From assembly GCA_039714255.1 (NCBI GenBank), contig JBDLJQ010000001.1:96251-160250 (forward strand): DNA of 64,000 nt. The letters are read 5' to 3'. The stretch is from Acidobacteriota bacterium (GTDB lineage: Bacteria > Acidobacteriota > Aminicenantia > UBA2199). Below, in pieces: positions 17,629-28,087 of this stretch. Position 1 is the first letter of the stretch; each line of letters opens with the position of its first letter. The notes below the pieces were generated by a model. The model did no database searches. It saw nothing but the letters and a program-made list of their open reading frames with translations, and had not been told where the DNA came from. Made by a program: the position numbers and the translations under genes.

Positions 17629-17736
17629 TTTAAAATGAAATGTAAAATAGAAAAATCCGGTTTCAGTAAACTTGATTATAAACCTGATATGTAATATTAT
17701 TAACGCTTTCAGAGATAAAAAATTTAAAGGTCGATA

Positions 17737-19227
17737 ATGGAAAGTTCAACAGGTCAGATAAAAGATTCAGTATTGTCAGGGCAGCCAATTATCCAGATAA
17801 TTTCATATGAAGAAAAGAGGGTGGAAAATTATCTGGCCAAACTTTGTGAACAGATCTTCAGGACAGACAATATTGCTTTCTGGGATATGAATAACGGACT
17901 GATAAAAAAGGGACAGGCAGTGGAAAATACAATTGACCCTGTAAAAGCACTTGAATATATCACTAATGAAAAAGATCCGGGATTTTACATCTTCAGAGAC
18001 CTGACCCATTATATAAAAACCTCTCATAATACGGTCAGAAAGTTAAGAGAAGCTTATCTTACATTAAAAAATACAAAAAGAGTGATCTTTCTCCTGTCTC
18101 CTGAAGACTTTTTTTCAGATCAACTGAAGAAGGAAGTTGACATATTCAGATTCGAACTTCCCGATTATAACGAACTTGAGGAGTTATTTAAAAGATTTCT
18201 CAGCTCAATGAAAAAATCGGGCAAAACCATCAACCTGAATGATGAAGATAAGAGGATGTTTGTTATTGCAGTTCAGGGACTTACCTATGATGAAGCATAT
18301 AAGGCCTTTATGAAAGCTTTCCAGGGACAGAGTGAAATAAACAGAGAACTTCTGGATAAGATCCACCAGGAAAAAAAACAACTGATATTAAAAGAAGGAG
18401 TTCTGGAATATTATTCCCAGAAACTTTCCATAGATGATATGGGCGGCCTTGACAACCTCAAAGACTGGCTTACAAAAAGGGAGGGAGCTTTTTCAAAGGA
18501 AGCAAGAGAATATGGCCTTGAGAGGCCCCGGGGTTTTCTTGCCATGGGAATATCAGGATGCGGGAAAAGCCTCTCGGCCAAGATCACAGCATCTCTCTGG
18601 AACCTTCCGCTATTTCGCCTCGACATGAACCTTGTCTATTCCGGAATGGCCGGATCGCCTGAAATGGTATTTTCCAGAGCACTGAAAACCATGGATACAG
18701 TTGCACCGGCTATCCTGTGGATAGATGAAATAGAGAGTGGGATCACAGACAAACAGGGAGATAGTGCAAGTTCGAGAATTCTGGGATATTTTCTCACATG
18801 GATGCAGGAACATACATCTGAAATATTTATTGCCGCAACAGCAAACAGGATCGACCTGCTGCCTGCAGAGCTCCTGAGAAGGGGAAGGTTCGACCAGATC
18901 TTCTTTATCGACCTGCCTACCAGAAAAGAGAGGGAAGAGATATTTTCGATACACCTTAAAAGTAAGGGAAATGATACAAACAAGTTTAATATTCCCCAAC
19001 TTGCACAGATAACCAAAGGGTGGTCAGGGAGCGAGATCGAGCAGGTGATAATTTCAGCAATGTATGAAGCCTTTAATGAGAAAAGGGATCTTGAAGAGGA
19101 TGACCTCTTTGTAATATTTGGAAATACAGTACCACTGTCATTAACGATGGAGGAGCAGATAAAAAAGATAAGGAGCTGGGCACACAACAGAGCTGTGAGA
19201 GCTTCATCAGATAAAGAACTATATTAG
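17737..19227 (+). CDS. Classical-clade AAA ATPase with a ~230-aa uncharacterised N-terminal domain
   Basis: Walker A GISGCGKS, Walker B ILWIDEIE, and the second region of homology ATANRIDLLPAELLRRGRFD. The N-terminal half has no recognised motif. Confidence 0.75.
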   Translation: MESSTGQIKDSVLSGQPIIQIISYEEKRVENYLAKLCEQIFRTDNIAFWDMNNGLIKKGQAVENTIDPVKALEYITNEKDPGFYIFRDLTHYIKTSHNTVRKLREAYLTLKNTKRVIFLLSPEDFFSDQLKKEVDIFRFELPDYNELEELFKRFLSSMKKSGKTINLNDEDKRMFVIAVQGLTYDEAYKAFMKAFQGQSEINRELLDKIHQEKKQLILKEGVLEYYSQKLSIDDMGGLDNLKDWLTKREGAFSKEAREYGLERPRGFLAMGISGCGKSLSAKITASLWNLPLFRLDMNLVYSGMAGSPEMVFSRALKTMDTVAPAILWIDEIESGITDKQGDSASSRILGYFLTWMQEHTSEIFIAATANRIDLLPAELLRRGRFDQIFFIDLPTRKEREEIFSIHLKSKGNDTNKFNIPQLAQITKGWSGSEIEQVIISAMYEAFNEKRDLEEDDLFVIFGNTVPLSLTMEEQIKKIRSWAHNRAVRASSDKELY

Positions 19228-19250
19228 AGATATCAAATAAAGAGGTAAAA

Positions 19251-21806
19251 ATGGAAAAAATCAAGAAAAGTATTGAAATAATTAATTTATACAACAAACA
19301 TGCAGAGGTAAGAGCAAAGAGCAATATCCCCCCTCTTCCCCTGAACCCTGAACAGACGGAAGCTGTCTGCAATATACTCGCCTCGGGAACAGAAGATCGG
19401 ATACCTGAAATGACCGGGCTGTTAAAACACAGAGTATCTCCCGGCGTTGACCCCTCTGCAAAAGTAAAAGCAGACTTTCTGGGGAGGATAACCGGAGGAG
19501 AACTCTCAATTAAAGGCATTACGGAAAAGGAAGCGGTGGATATGCTGGGTACTATGATGGGCGGATACAATGTCAAATATTTAATAAGTGCATTGGGAAA
19601 TGAAAAACTTGCAGAGAATGCAGCAGAAGCTTTAAGTAAAACAATACTTGTCTATGACGATTTTATCACTGTTTCAGAATTATCAGAACAGAATAAATTT
19701 GCTGAAAAAGTGATCAGGTCCTGGGCTGATGGTAAATGGTTCCTGGAAAAAGAGGAACTCCCGTCCGGTATCAAAGTTAAAATTTATAAAGTAGACGGTG
19801 AGATAAATACAGATGATTTCTCTCCCGCAAGTGATGCCTGGAGCAGGCCGGATATCCCTCTCCATGCATTGTCCATGGGAAGAAGCAAGTTCCCCGAAGG
19901 GATTGAAACCATCAGTAAATGGAGAGAGGAGGGGCATATTGTAGCTTTCGCCGGGGATGTTGTAGGGACAGGCTCTTCAAGAAAATCTGCAACAAACAGC
20001 CTCCTGTGGCATATAGGTGATGATATCCCGTTTGTTCCGAATAAAAGGAGAAAAGGGATCGTTCTGGGAGGAGTTATTGCTCCGATATTCTTCAATACTC
20101 TTCAGGATTCAGGAGGCCTTCCCATCACCACAGATGTAACAAAACTGAAAACAGGTGATGAAATTGTTATTAACATGGTTGAAGGAACAATAAAAAAAAC
20201 GGGAAGTGAAGAGGTTTTATCTACCTTTGAAATCTCACCCGCTACACTGAGTGATGAATACAGAGCCGGAGGCCGTATCCCCCTTATTATAGGAAGGAGC
20301 CTTACGGAAAAAGCGGAACAGTTTCTTAAAACAGAAAAAAAGACAATATTCAGGGAAATAATTAATCCCGAACCCTCAAAAGAACAAAAATTCACCCTTG
20401 CACAAAAAATTGTGGGAAAAGCCTGCGGGTTTGAAGGTGTCCTGCCGGGAACTTCATGTGAGCCATTTATGACAACCGTGGGTTCACAGGATACCACCGG
20501 GCCAATGACAGCTGATGAACTAAAAGAGCTGGCATGCCTGAAATTCCAGACACCCATGTTCATGCAGTCCTTCTGCCATACAGCTGCTTATCCCAGGCCT
20601 GCAGATATAAAGATGCATAAAACACTTCCGGGATTTATAACAGAGAGGGAAGGAGTTTCCCTTAAACCAGGAGACGGAGTTATCCACACCTGGCTTAACC
20701 GCTTTTTGCTTCCCGATACGGTGGGGACAGGCGGAGATTCACACACACGTTTCCCCCTGGGAATATCATTTCCTGCAGGGTCGGGTCTCGTAGCTTTTGC
20801 AGGAGCCCTGGGTTTCATGCCTCTCGATATGCCTGAATCTGTTCTTGTAAGATTCAATGGAAAAATGAGGCCTGGTATTACTCTGAGGGATGTGGTAAAT
20901 GCAATACCTTATTTTGCAATACAGGAAGGGCTGCTGACCGTCCCGAAGAAAAATAAAAAAAATATCTTTAACGGAAAGATAATTGAAATAGAGGGGATGC
21001 CGGACATCACAGTGGAACAGGCATTTGAACTTATGGATGCCACTGCCGAAAGGAGTGCAGCAGCCGGAACAATAAAACTTTCCGAAAAGAGTGTTGCGGA
21101 CTATTTAAGGTCAAATTCCGCCCTGCTTTCAAAATTGATCGAAGACGGCTACAAGGACAGCAATACAATTCAGAAAAGGATCAATGATATAAACAGTTGG
21201 CTGGAAAACCCGGAACTTCTTTCAGCCGACCCGGGTTGTGAATATTCCGCAGTACTGGAAATAGACCTCTCCGATATTACCGAGCCAATCCTCAGCTGCC
21301 CCAATGACCCGGATGATGTAAAACTGCTGTCGGAAGTTTCGGGAACAAAAATTGATGATGTTTTCCTTGGTTCCTGCATGACAAATATAGGACATTTCAG
21401 AGCTGCAGGCAGGATATGGGAAAACCAGAAGAGAAATCCGGAAGTCAGAGTTTACCTGGATCCCCCCACAAGGATGGACCAGAATAAACTGAAAGATGAG
21501 GGATATTTCTCACTCTTTAATACAATGGGATCAAGGATCGAAGTACCCGGATGCTCTCTATGTATGGGGAATCAACTGAGGGTGCCGGACAAAGCTGCAG
21601 TTTATTCGACATCCACAAGGAATTTTGATAATAGGATGGGGACTGGAGCACAGGTGTTCCTCGGATCTGCAGAGCTTGGAGCCCTGGTTGCATTAAAGGG
21701 CAAGATACCTATGCCGGAAGAATATTTTAAAACCTATAATGAAAAAATTGCTCCACACGAGGATGAAATATACAACTATCTCCAGTTCGACAACGAATAT
21801 AAATAG
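19251..21806 (+). CDS. acnB: Aconitate hydratase B (bifunctional aconitase 2 / 2-methylisocitrate dehydratase)
   Basis: Near-identity to the E. coli AcnB blocks DAWSRPDIPLHAL, GDVVGTGSSRKSATNS and CHTAAYP, plus the PGCSLCMGNQ cluster ligands. 851 aa. Confidence 0.9.
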   Translation: MEKIKKSIEIINLYNKHAEVRAKSNIPPLPLNPEQTEAVCNILASGTEDRIPEMTGLLKHRVSPGVDPSAKVKADFLGRITGGELSIKGITEKEAVDMLGTMMGGYNVKYLISALGNEKLAENAAEALSKTILVYDDFITVSELSEQNKFAEKVIRSWADGKWFLEKEELPSGIKVKIYKVDGEINTDDFSPASDAWSRPDIPLHALSMGRSKFPEGIETISKWREEGHIVAFAGDVVGTGSSRKSATNSLLWHIGDDIPFVPNKRRKGIVLGGVIAPIFFNTLQDSGGLPITTDVTKLKTGDEIVINMVEGTIKKTGSEEVLSTFEISPATLSDEYRAGGRIPLIIGRSLTEKAEQFLKTEKKTIFREIINPEPSKEQKFTLAQKIVGKACGFEGVLPGTSCEPFMTTVGSQDTTGPMTADELKELACLKFQTPMFMQSFCHTAAYPRPADIKMHKTLPGFITEREGVSLKPGDGVIHTWLNRFLLPDTVGTGGDSHTRFPLGISFPAGSGLVAFAGALGFMPLDMPESVLVRFNGKMRPGITLRDVVNAIPYFAIQEGLLTVPKKNKKNIFNGKIIEIEGMPDITVEQAFELMDATAERSAAAGTIKLSEKSVADYLRSNSALLSKLIEDGYKDSNTIQKRINDINSWLENPELLSADPGCEYSAVLEIDLSDITEPILSCPNDPDDVKLLSEVSGTKIDDVFLGSCMTNIGHFRAAGRIWENQKRNPEVRVYLDPPTRMDQNKLKDEGYFSLFNTMGSRIEVPGCSLCMGNQLRVPDKAAVYSTSTRNFDNRMGTGAQVFLGSAELGALVALKGKIPMPEEYFKTYNEKIAPHEDEIYNYLQFDNEYK

Positions 21807-21810
21807 AGTT

Positions 21811-23823
21811 TTATTTTTTATATTTTTTCAGGGCTTCTTCTATCTTTTTTTCATCTGCTACATAGGGTAATGTAATATGGCCCTTTCCTCTATTTTCTTC
21901 ATTCCACTCTGCTACTGTTTCCAGTGAATTTTTATTCCTTGCCCAGGCACGCCTTGCAACACCATTCATAACATCCCACTCCATTGCCGAGCGGATGATC
22001 TTATCTTTCAATTTGCTTCCATCCAGAACAAGGCCGAACCCTCCGTTAAAAGCTTTACCTATTCCAACACCTCCGCCATTGGAAAGGACAACCATTGACA
22101 TTCCCCTCACGGCATCACCGGCAAAATTCTGTACTGCCATATCAGCAGTCACATTACTTCCATCCTTTATATTGGAAGTTTCCCTGAAAGGTGAATCAGT
22201 ACCTGAAACATCATGATGGTCGCGGCCGATCATAACAGGGCCGATCTCTCCGTTCCTGATCATCTCATTGAACTTTAAGGCAATATTAACTCTTCCACCT
22301 GCATCAGCATAGAGTATCCTCGCCTGGGTGCCAACAACAAGTTCATTCGTTTCAGCATCTTTTATCCACTGGTAATTATCCCTGTCCATACCACGCCTTT
22401 CAGGATCAATCCGGGTCATAGCAGCAGCATCGGTCTTTTTCAGGTCTTCTTTATTACCGGACAGGCATACCCATCTGAAGGGCCCGTAACCATAATCAAA
22501 ACACATGGGCCCCATTATATGCTCTACATAACTGGGATAAACAAATCCGGATGAGGGATCATCCGGGTTTATTGCAACTGATCTTTCTCCTGCATCAAAA
22601 ACCGCTTTCAGGAATGAATTGCCATAATCCCAGAAATAGGTTCCGTTCCCTGTCAGTTCTTTTATTAATTTATAGTGTTTCAGAAGTGACCTGTCCACCT
22701 CTTCATTAAATTTTTCCTGATCATTTTCAAGCAATTTACGCCCTTCTTCAAATGTATAACCTGCCGGTGTATATCCTCCGCCATAAGCATCGTGGCAGGA
22801 AGTCTGATCTGAGAGAAGTTCTATTTTTATTTTCTTTTCTGCAAAATATTCAAGGAGGTCCACAATATTTCCATGATATGCAATGGAGACAGCTTCTTTT
22901 GAGGCCCTGTATTCTTCCATCCATTTTGCTATTTGACTGAGATCCCCGGAAACCAGTGAGACCCAACCCTGGTCCAGTCTTGTCTTTATCCTGGAATAAT
23001 CCACCTCTGCAATAATCCCGATACCCCCGGTGATCTCAATTGCCTTCGGTTGTGCACCACTCATACCTCCCAGGCCTGAGCTTACAAAAACAACTCCACT
23101 GAGATCCTCATCCTGGGGTATGTTAAGATAAAGCCTCCCTGCATTCAGCAGGGTAATATATGTTCCATGTACGATCCCCTGCGGGCCGATATACATCCAT
23201 CCTCCCGCTGTCATCTGTCCGTAATTAGATACCCCCATTGCTGCAGCTTTCTGGAAACCTTCAAGGTTATCATAAAGCCCTACAAGCATCCCGTTAGTTG
23301 AGATCACCCTGGGGGATTCTTTAGAGGTTGGAAAAAGGCCAAGCGGATGACCCGAATATATAATCAGTGTCTGTTCATCGGTCATCTCTTCCAGATATTT
23401 TTTTGTAAGATTATATTGCATCCAGTTTTGGAAAACCTGCCCGTTCTCTCCATAGGTAACCAACTCATAAGGATAAAGTGCTACATCAAAGTCAAGATTA
23501 TTATCTATCATTACCTGAAAAGCCTTTGCTTCGACTATTTTCCCTTTGTATGTGTTAACAGGAGCCCCGCTGAGCTCTCCCTCAGGCCTGTACCTGTAAC
23601 CGTATATTCTCCCCTTTGTAAATAGTTCATCAAGGAATTCCGGAATAAGATCATCGTGAAGATTTTTCGGTATATAACGAAGAGCATTTTGAAGTGCTGT
23701 TATGATCTCCTCTTTTCCAAGATTCAATCCCCGGTTGGGTGCTCTTCTAATGTCCTGCCTGAACTCTTTTTTTTCAGGTAATCTATCGGGTAAAGTAAAG
23801 TTTATTCCATCTTTTAGTTCCAT
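21811..23823 (-). CDS. hutU: Urocanate hydratase
   Basis: Urocanase family sequence throughout (…GMSGAQPKA…, …WVCLSGNKEDL…). The true start is the Met at 23823 with ggagg 5 nt upstream. The ORF-track extension to 24087 crosses the purD promoter region and is an artefact. Confidence 0.85.
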   Translation of the reverse strand: MELKDGINFTLPDRLPEKKEFRQDIRRAPNRGLNLGKEEIITALQNALRYIPKNLHDDLIPEFLDELFTKGRIYGYRYRPEGELSGAPVNTYKGKIVEAKAFQVMIDNNLDFDVALYPYELVTYGENGQVFQNWMQYNLTKKYLEEMTDEQTLIIYSGHPLGLFPTSKESPRVISTNGMLVGLYDNLEGFQKAAAMGVSNYGQMTAGGWMYIGPQGIVHGTYITLLNAGRLYLNIPQDEDLSGVVFVSSGLGGMSGAQPKAIEITGGIGIIAEVDYSRIKTRLDQGWVSLVSGDLSQIAKWMEEYRASKEAVSIAYHGNIVDLLEYFAEKKIKIELLSDQTSCHDAYGGGYTPAGYTFEEGRKLLENDQEKFNEEVDRSLLKHYKLIKELTGNGTYFWDYGNSFLKAVFDAGERSVAINPDDPSSGFVYPSYVEHIMGPMCFDYGYGPFRWVCLSGNKEDLKKTDAAAMTRIDPERRGMDRDNYQWIKDAETNELVVGTQARILYADAGGRVNIALKFNEMIRNGEIGPVMIGRDHHDVSGTDSPFRETSNIKDGSNVTADMAVQNFAGDAVRGMSMVVLSNGGGVGIGKAFNGGFGLVLDGSKLKDKIIRSAMEWDVMNGVARRAWARNKNSLETVAEWNEENRGKGHITLPYVADEKKIEEALKKYKK

Positions 23824-23938
23824 AATTCCTCCAGGTTGAAATATATTCAAAACATCTGTAGTTGTCAAGGTTTTCTGTATGGCAATATTCTTTACCAATC
23901 TGTTCTTATATCGTATAATAAAAAAATCGGAGGCTAAC

Positions 23939-25201
23939 ATGAAAATATTAGTGATCGGTTCAGGCGGAAGGGAACATGCACTTATATGGAAGATATCCCA
24001 ATCAAAAAGGGTAGACAAGATATATGCCCTCCCTGGCAACGGCGGAATAAGTGATCTTGCAGAGATCGTTGATATAGATGCATCCAATATTATTGAGATC
24101 GCAGATTTTGTTCAGGAAAAAAAGATCCACCTCACTGTTGTAGGGCCCGAGCTTCCACTATCACTGGGGATCGTAGACGAATTCAACAAAAGAAACCTTA
24201 AGATATTCGGCCCCACCCGTAAAGCATCTTTAATTGAAAGTTCAAAGGCATTTGCAAAGGAATTTATGAAAAAAAATAAAATTCCTACAGCAGGATATAG
24301 TATCTTCAGCTCTGCCATGGAAGCAGTAAATTATATTAAAACCTGTAATTTTCCGGTGGTAGTAAAAACAGACGGGCTTGCAGCCGGAAAGGGAGTTTTT
24401 ATCTGTGAGGATATAAAAAGTGCAGAGGAGAGTATAAGGACGATCCTTATGGAAAATAAGTTTGGCAAGTCAGGAGAACAGATCGTGATCGAAGAATTTC
24501 TTAAGGGTGAAGAGATGTCATTTATAGTTATATCCGATGGAAAAAGGGCTTTGCCGCTTGTAACCTCAATGGATTATAAGAGAGCAGAAGAGAATGATAA
24601 GGGCCCCAATACGGGTGGGATGGGTGCAATATCACCTGCTCCGGGAATAAATGAAAAACTTTTTAATAAAATTATGGAATCAATAATATTGCCCACAATA
24701 GAAGGATTAAGGTTTGAGGGAAAAGAATTCAGAGGGGTTTTGTATGCAGGATTAATGATAACATCAGAAGGCCCCAAAACACTGGAATTTAATGTGAGAT
24801 TCGGCGACCCGGAGACCCAGGCCATTTTACTCAGATTAAAGAGCGATATAATAGACATATTTGAAGGTGCTGTTGAAGGCAGCCTTCACGATGTGGAAGC
24901 AGAGTGGGAAGAAAATGTTTCTGCATGTGTGGTCCTTGCTTCTGAGGGTTATCCCGGACAATACGAAACCGGAAAAAAACTTGAAGATCTCCATAGGGCA
25001 AAAACTTCCGGAGTAGAAATTTTCCATGCCGGTACAAGAGTTGAGGATAAAACATATCTGACATCCGGAGGAAGAGTATTAAATGTTTGCGCAAGCAGCC
25101 CAACTTTAAAGGAGACAATGAAAAAGATCTATGATTCGATCCCTTTCATAAAATATGAAAATTTATACTACAGAAAAGATATTGGAGGAATTAAACGATG
25201 A
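23939..25201 (+). CDS. purD: Phosphoribosylamine--glycine ligase
   Basis: MKILVIGSGGREHAL is the PurD N-terminus, on an ATP-grasp fold. The start is at 23939 with ggagg upstream and a tataat at 23914-23919. Confidence 0.9.
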   Translation: MKILVIGSGGREHALIWKISQSKRVDKIYALPGNGGISDLAEIVDIDASNIIEIADFVQEKKIHLTVVGPELPLSLGIVDEFNKRNLKIFGPTRKASLIESSKAFAKEFMKKNKIPTAGYSIFSSAMEAVNYIKTCNFPVVVKTDGLAAGKGVFICEDIKSAEESIRTILMENKFGKSGEQIVIEEFLKGEEMSFIVISDGKRALPLVTSMDYKRAEENDKGPNTGGMGAISPAPGINEKLFNKIMESIILPTIEGLRFEGKEFRGVLYAGLMITSEGPKTLEFNVRFGDPETQAILLRLKSDIIDIFEGAVEGSLHDVEAEWEENVSACVVLASEGYPGQYETGKKLEDLHRAKTSGVEIFHAGTRVEDKTYLTSGGRVLNVCASSPTLKETMKKIYDSIPFIKYENLYYRKDIGGIKR

Positions 25202-25698
25202 ATGCACAGATAGGAATAATACTTGGAAGCGATTCCGATTTTCCCTTTATTGAAGGAGGAATAAAACTTCTGAAAGAGTTTAAGATCCCTTTTATTATTG
25301 AGGTAAGTTCTGCTCACCGGACACCGGAGAGGACAGTTGAACTGGTAAGGGAATTTGAAGATAAAGGGGTCAAAGTCATAATAGCAGCAGCAGGAGGAGC
25401 GGCACATCTTCCAGGCGTGATCGCAGCACACACGCTTCTGCCGGTACTTGGTGTACCAATAACTTCTTTGATCTCAGGTATCGATTCACTTTATTCAATA
25501 GTTCAAATGCCTGGAGGAATTCCCGTTGCAGCTTTCAGCATTGGTAATTCCGGCGGGATCAACTCAGTCTTATTCGCAATGGAAATTCTTGCACTTGAGA
25601 ACAGATCTATAAAGGAAATGCTTGTAAAATTCAGAAAAGAACAAAAAATAAAAGTGATAGAAAAAAGTAAAAGGCTGAAGGATAAAATTGGAAGTTAA
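25198..25698 (+). CDS. purE: N5-carboxyaminoimidazole ribonucleotide mutase
   Basis: IGIILGSDSD and SAHRTP are PurE signatures. Confidence 0.9.
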   Translation: MNAQIGIILGSDSDFPFIEGGIKLLKEFKIPFIIEVSSAHRTPERTVELVREFEDKGVKVIIAAAGGAAHLPGVIAAHTLLPVLGVPITSLISGIDSLYSIVQMPGGIPVAAFSIGNSGGINSVLFAMEILALENRSIKEMLVKFRKEQKIKVIEKSKRLKDKIGS

Positions 25699-26945
25699 TG
25701 AAATTTTATGTCAATTATTTCGGATGCAGAGCAAATCAGGCAGAGATTCAGGATTGGATAATTGACCTTGAAAACTCAGGATACAGGCTGACTGACGATA
25801 TTGATGATGCAGATTTTGCAATTTTAAATACATGCAGTGTCACTGAAAAAGCCGAAAAAGATGTATTCAGATATATAAACAAAGTTTATAAAAAATCGAA
25901 TATCAGGTGGCTTATAGCCGGGTGTACTACAACAAAAGAACAGGAAACCCTGGAGAATAAATATAAAAATTATATCTTTCTGGATAATGTCAAAAAAAAG
26001 GGCATTGTCAGCATTGTTAAAGAAACATTCCCAATTGATGAAAATGTAATCTTCCACTCCTCTTTCAGGTCCAGGATATTTATGAAGATACAGGATGGAT
26101 GCAGTTTCAAATGTTCTTTCTGCATTGTACCCTTATTGAGGGGAAAACCGTCAAGTTTACCCATTGAAGATGTGGTCCGGAAAGCATCCTATTATTCATC
26201 GCTTGGTTACAGGGAAGTAATATTAACAGGGATAAACCTTTCATCTTACGGATATGACCTGTTCCCCAGAGTAAATATACTTGACCTGGTAAAGGAACTG
26301 AACAAAATAAAAGATATTGAAATAATAAGGCTTAGTTCACTTGACCCCAGATACATTAAATACGGGTTTATAAAGGAGTTAAGTTATCTGGACAAAATTG
26401 CAGAAAGTTTCCATTTTTCATTTCAGAGCGGGAGCAATACGGTATTGAAGAGGATGAAAAGGAATAGTAATGTAAAAGATTACAGAAAGATACTTGATAC
26501 TTTTCTCACATTTTTTCCTGATGCAAATTATGGCGCCGATATTATTCTTGGTTTTCCCGGAGAGACAGACAAAGAATATCTGGAAACCTTCAATTTTATA
26601 AAGAAAAGTGAATTAAATTATATTCACACTTTCCCATATTCCTCAAGAGGCGGAACAAAAGCAGCAGAACTTGAACCTGTTCCCGGCCTTCTTATCAAAA
26701 AAAGGGTAAGAGAGTTCCGGGATATGAATAAAGAAAAAAAGATCAGATACCGGGAAAAATTTCGTGGTAGAAAAATTGAAGGAATTTTAATTGAGGAAAA
26801 GGATAATTATTCCCTGATAATGACAAAAAATTATCTGACTGTAAAGGTCCCTCCTCTGAAAGGTTACAAAAAAAAGAAACTGACCGTTGAGGTAACAAAA
26901 ATAATTAATGACAACATATGTGAGGGAAAAGTTGTTGAAAAATAA
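25698..26945 (+). CDS. mtaB: Radical-SAM methylthiotransferase, MiaB/MtaB family (tRNA modification)
   Basis: N-terminal MTTase Cys triad (C10, C46, C76), the radical-SAM CSFKCSFC motif, and a C-terminal TRAM-like region. Confidence 0.7.
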   Translation: MKFYVNYFGCRANQAEIQDWIIDLENSGYRLTDDIDDADFAILNTCSVTEKAEKDVFRYINKVYKKSNIRWLIAGCTTTKEQETLENKYKNYIFLDNVKKKGIVSIVKETFPIDENVIFHSSFRSRIFMKIQDGCSFKCSFCIVPLLRGKPSSLPIEDVVRKASYYSSLGYREVILTGINLSSYGYDLFPRVNILDLVKELNKIKDIEIIRLSSLDPRYIKYGFIKELSYLDKIAESFHFSFQSGSNTVLKRMKRNSNVKDYRKILDTFLTFFPDANYGADIILGFPGETDKEYLETFNFIKKSELNYIHTFPYSSRGGTKAAELEPVPGLLIKKRVREFRDMNKEKKIRYREKFRGRKIEGILIEEKDNYSLIMTKNYLTVKVPPLKGYKKKKLTVEVTKIINDNICEGKVVEK

Positions 26946-27411
26946 GCCCTTTATAATTTTTATATTTATTCTCTATTTTCTTTATACCGGATATCTATTT
27001 CCTTCAAAAGGGCCTGACAATCCTGCCACAGGGAAAAAAGCCCTTGAAAAATCACTGATATTTCCCGGACTCGGCCAGCTTATTGAAAAAAAATATTTTA
27101 ACGGGATACTTTTTATTACCGGTGAACTTTTTTGTATAACAAATTTTCTTATAAACAACAGCAGAGGGAATGAAGCGTATGAAAATTATAAAATTGCCGA
27201 CACAACTGAAAACGCTATAATATGGCGGGAAAAGGTGGAAAAATATGATAAAAAAAGAAATATTTTTCTGCTGGCCGGTGCTGGCATATGGATTTTAAAT
27301 TTGGTCGATATATTTATTCATATAAAAAAAAAATATAAAAGGAATATCTCTTTATCCATAAAAAATGGCAAAAACAATAAAATATCTCTTGGTATTGGTT
27401 ATAGTTTTTAG
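26908..27411 (+). CDS. DUF5683-like small membrane protein
   Basis: SLIFPGLGQL...YFNG motif with two TM helices. The start is uncertain because the ORF overlaps the mtaB 3' end by 38 nt. Confidence 0.4.
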   Translation: MTTYVREKLLKNKPFIIFIFILYFLYTGYLFPSKGPDNPATGKKALEKSLIFPGLGQLIEKKYFNGILFITGELFCITNFLINNSRGNEAYENYKIADTTENAIIWREKVEKYDKKRNIFLLAGAGIWILNLVDIFIHIKKKYKRNISLSIKNGKNNKISLGIGYSF

Positions 27412-28087
27412 TTCTATTACCTCATGCAAGGATAGAATATTTAACAATCCTTTCGACCCTGACAAAGATGAACGGGGTTTTGAAATATTGTCTGTAATAA
27501 ACATTGAGAACAGATATTCACCGACAGACATAACATTCTCGGGAAATTCTCTCTGGATCACCCCCAGATATTCCGGAGCTATCTCAATTAATTATAATTC
27601 CGGAGCTGTCATCCGGCGGCTTGAATTCAACAACAGGCCGGTTAACGGAATAGGATATGACGGAAGCGACCTGTGGTTGAACCTGAAAGATGCTGCCGAG
27701 GTGACAAATGTAAATATTGTGAATGGAGAAATAATAAAATCTTTAAAACTTCCGGAAGGAAATTATATTCATCTGGATTTTCACTCACCCAATCTTTACA
27801 TTGCAGACAGACAGAGTAATTCTATCCTGTCCATCGATCCTGATAGTGGAACGATTTTAGATACTATCCGTGGGCCTTCCTTTACGATAGATGGAATATG
27901 CTTTGACGGTACCAGTTTCTGGATACTTGAATTATCCACACTTAAGATATTTAAGATCGATATTAACGGGGATATTGTCAACACTTACCGGTCTCCAACC
28001 GAAACTCCCTCAGGGCTATGCTGCAGTGACGGGATAATATGGCTTGGTGACAGTACAGGTAAAATACTAAAGCTCAGATTCCAGTGA
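27365..28087 (+). CDS. Putative lipoprotein with beta-propeller-like repeats
   Basis: Signal peptide with a lipobox-like ITSC, then repeated SIDPDSG / DGxxxWL blades. Confidence 0.45.
   Translation: MAKTIKYLLVLVIVFSSITSCKDRIFNNPFDPDKDERGFEILSVINIENRYSPTDITFSGNSLWITPRYSGAISINYNSGAVIRRLEFNNRPVNGIGYDGSDLWLNLKDAAEVTNVNIVNGEIIKSLKLPEGNYIHLDFHSPNLYIADRQSNSILSIDPDSGTILDTIRGPSFTIDGICFDGTSFWILELSTLKIFKIDINGDIVNTYRSPTETPSGLCCSDGIIWLGDSTGKILKLRFQ

Noticed and set aside
18636-19187. Long antisense ORFs inside the AAA gene, acnB, infB, fhs and dnaE (e.g. 18636-19187, 20102-20563, 43712-44098, 32020-32666)
   Set aside because: Each is embedded in the opposite or alternative frame of a well-supported conserved gene and has a biased, repetitive composition. 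No independent support.
23824-24087. 5' extension of the hutU ORF (264 nt) overlapping the purD promoter and 5' end
   Set aside because: A Met with a ggagg RBS lies at 23823, and the urocanase homology begins there. The upstream extension is low-complexity and crosses the divergent purD promoter.
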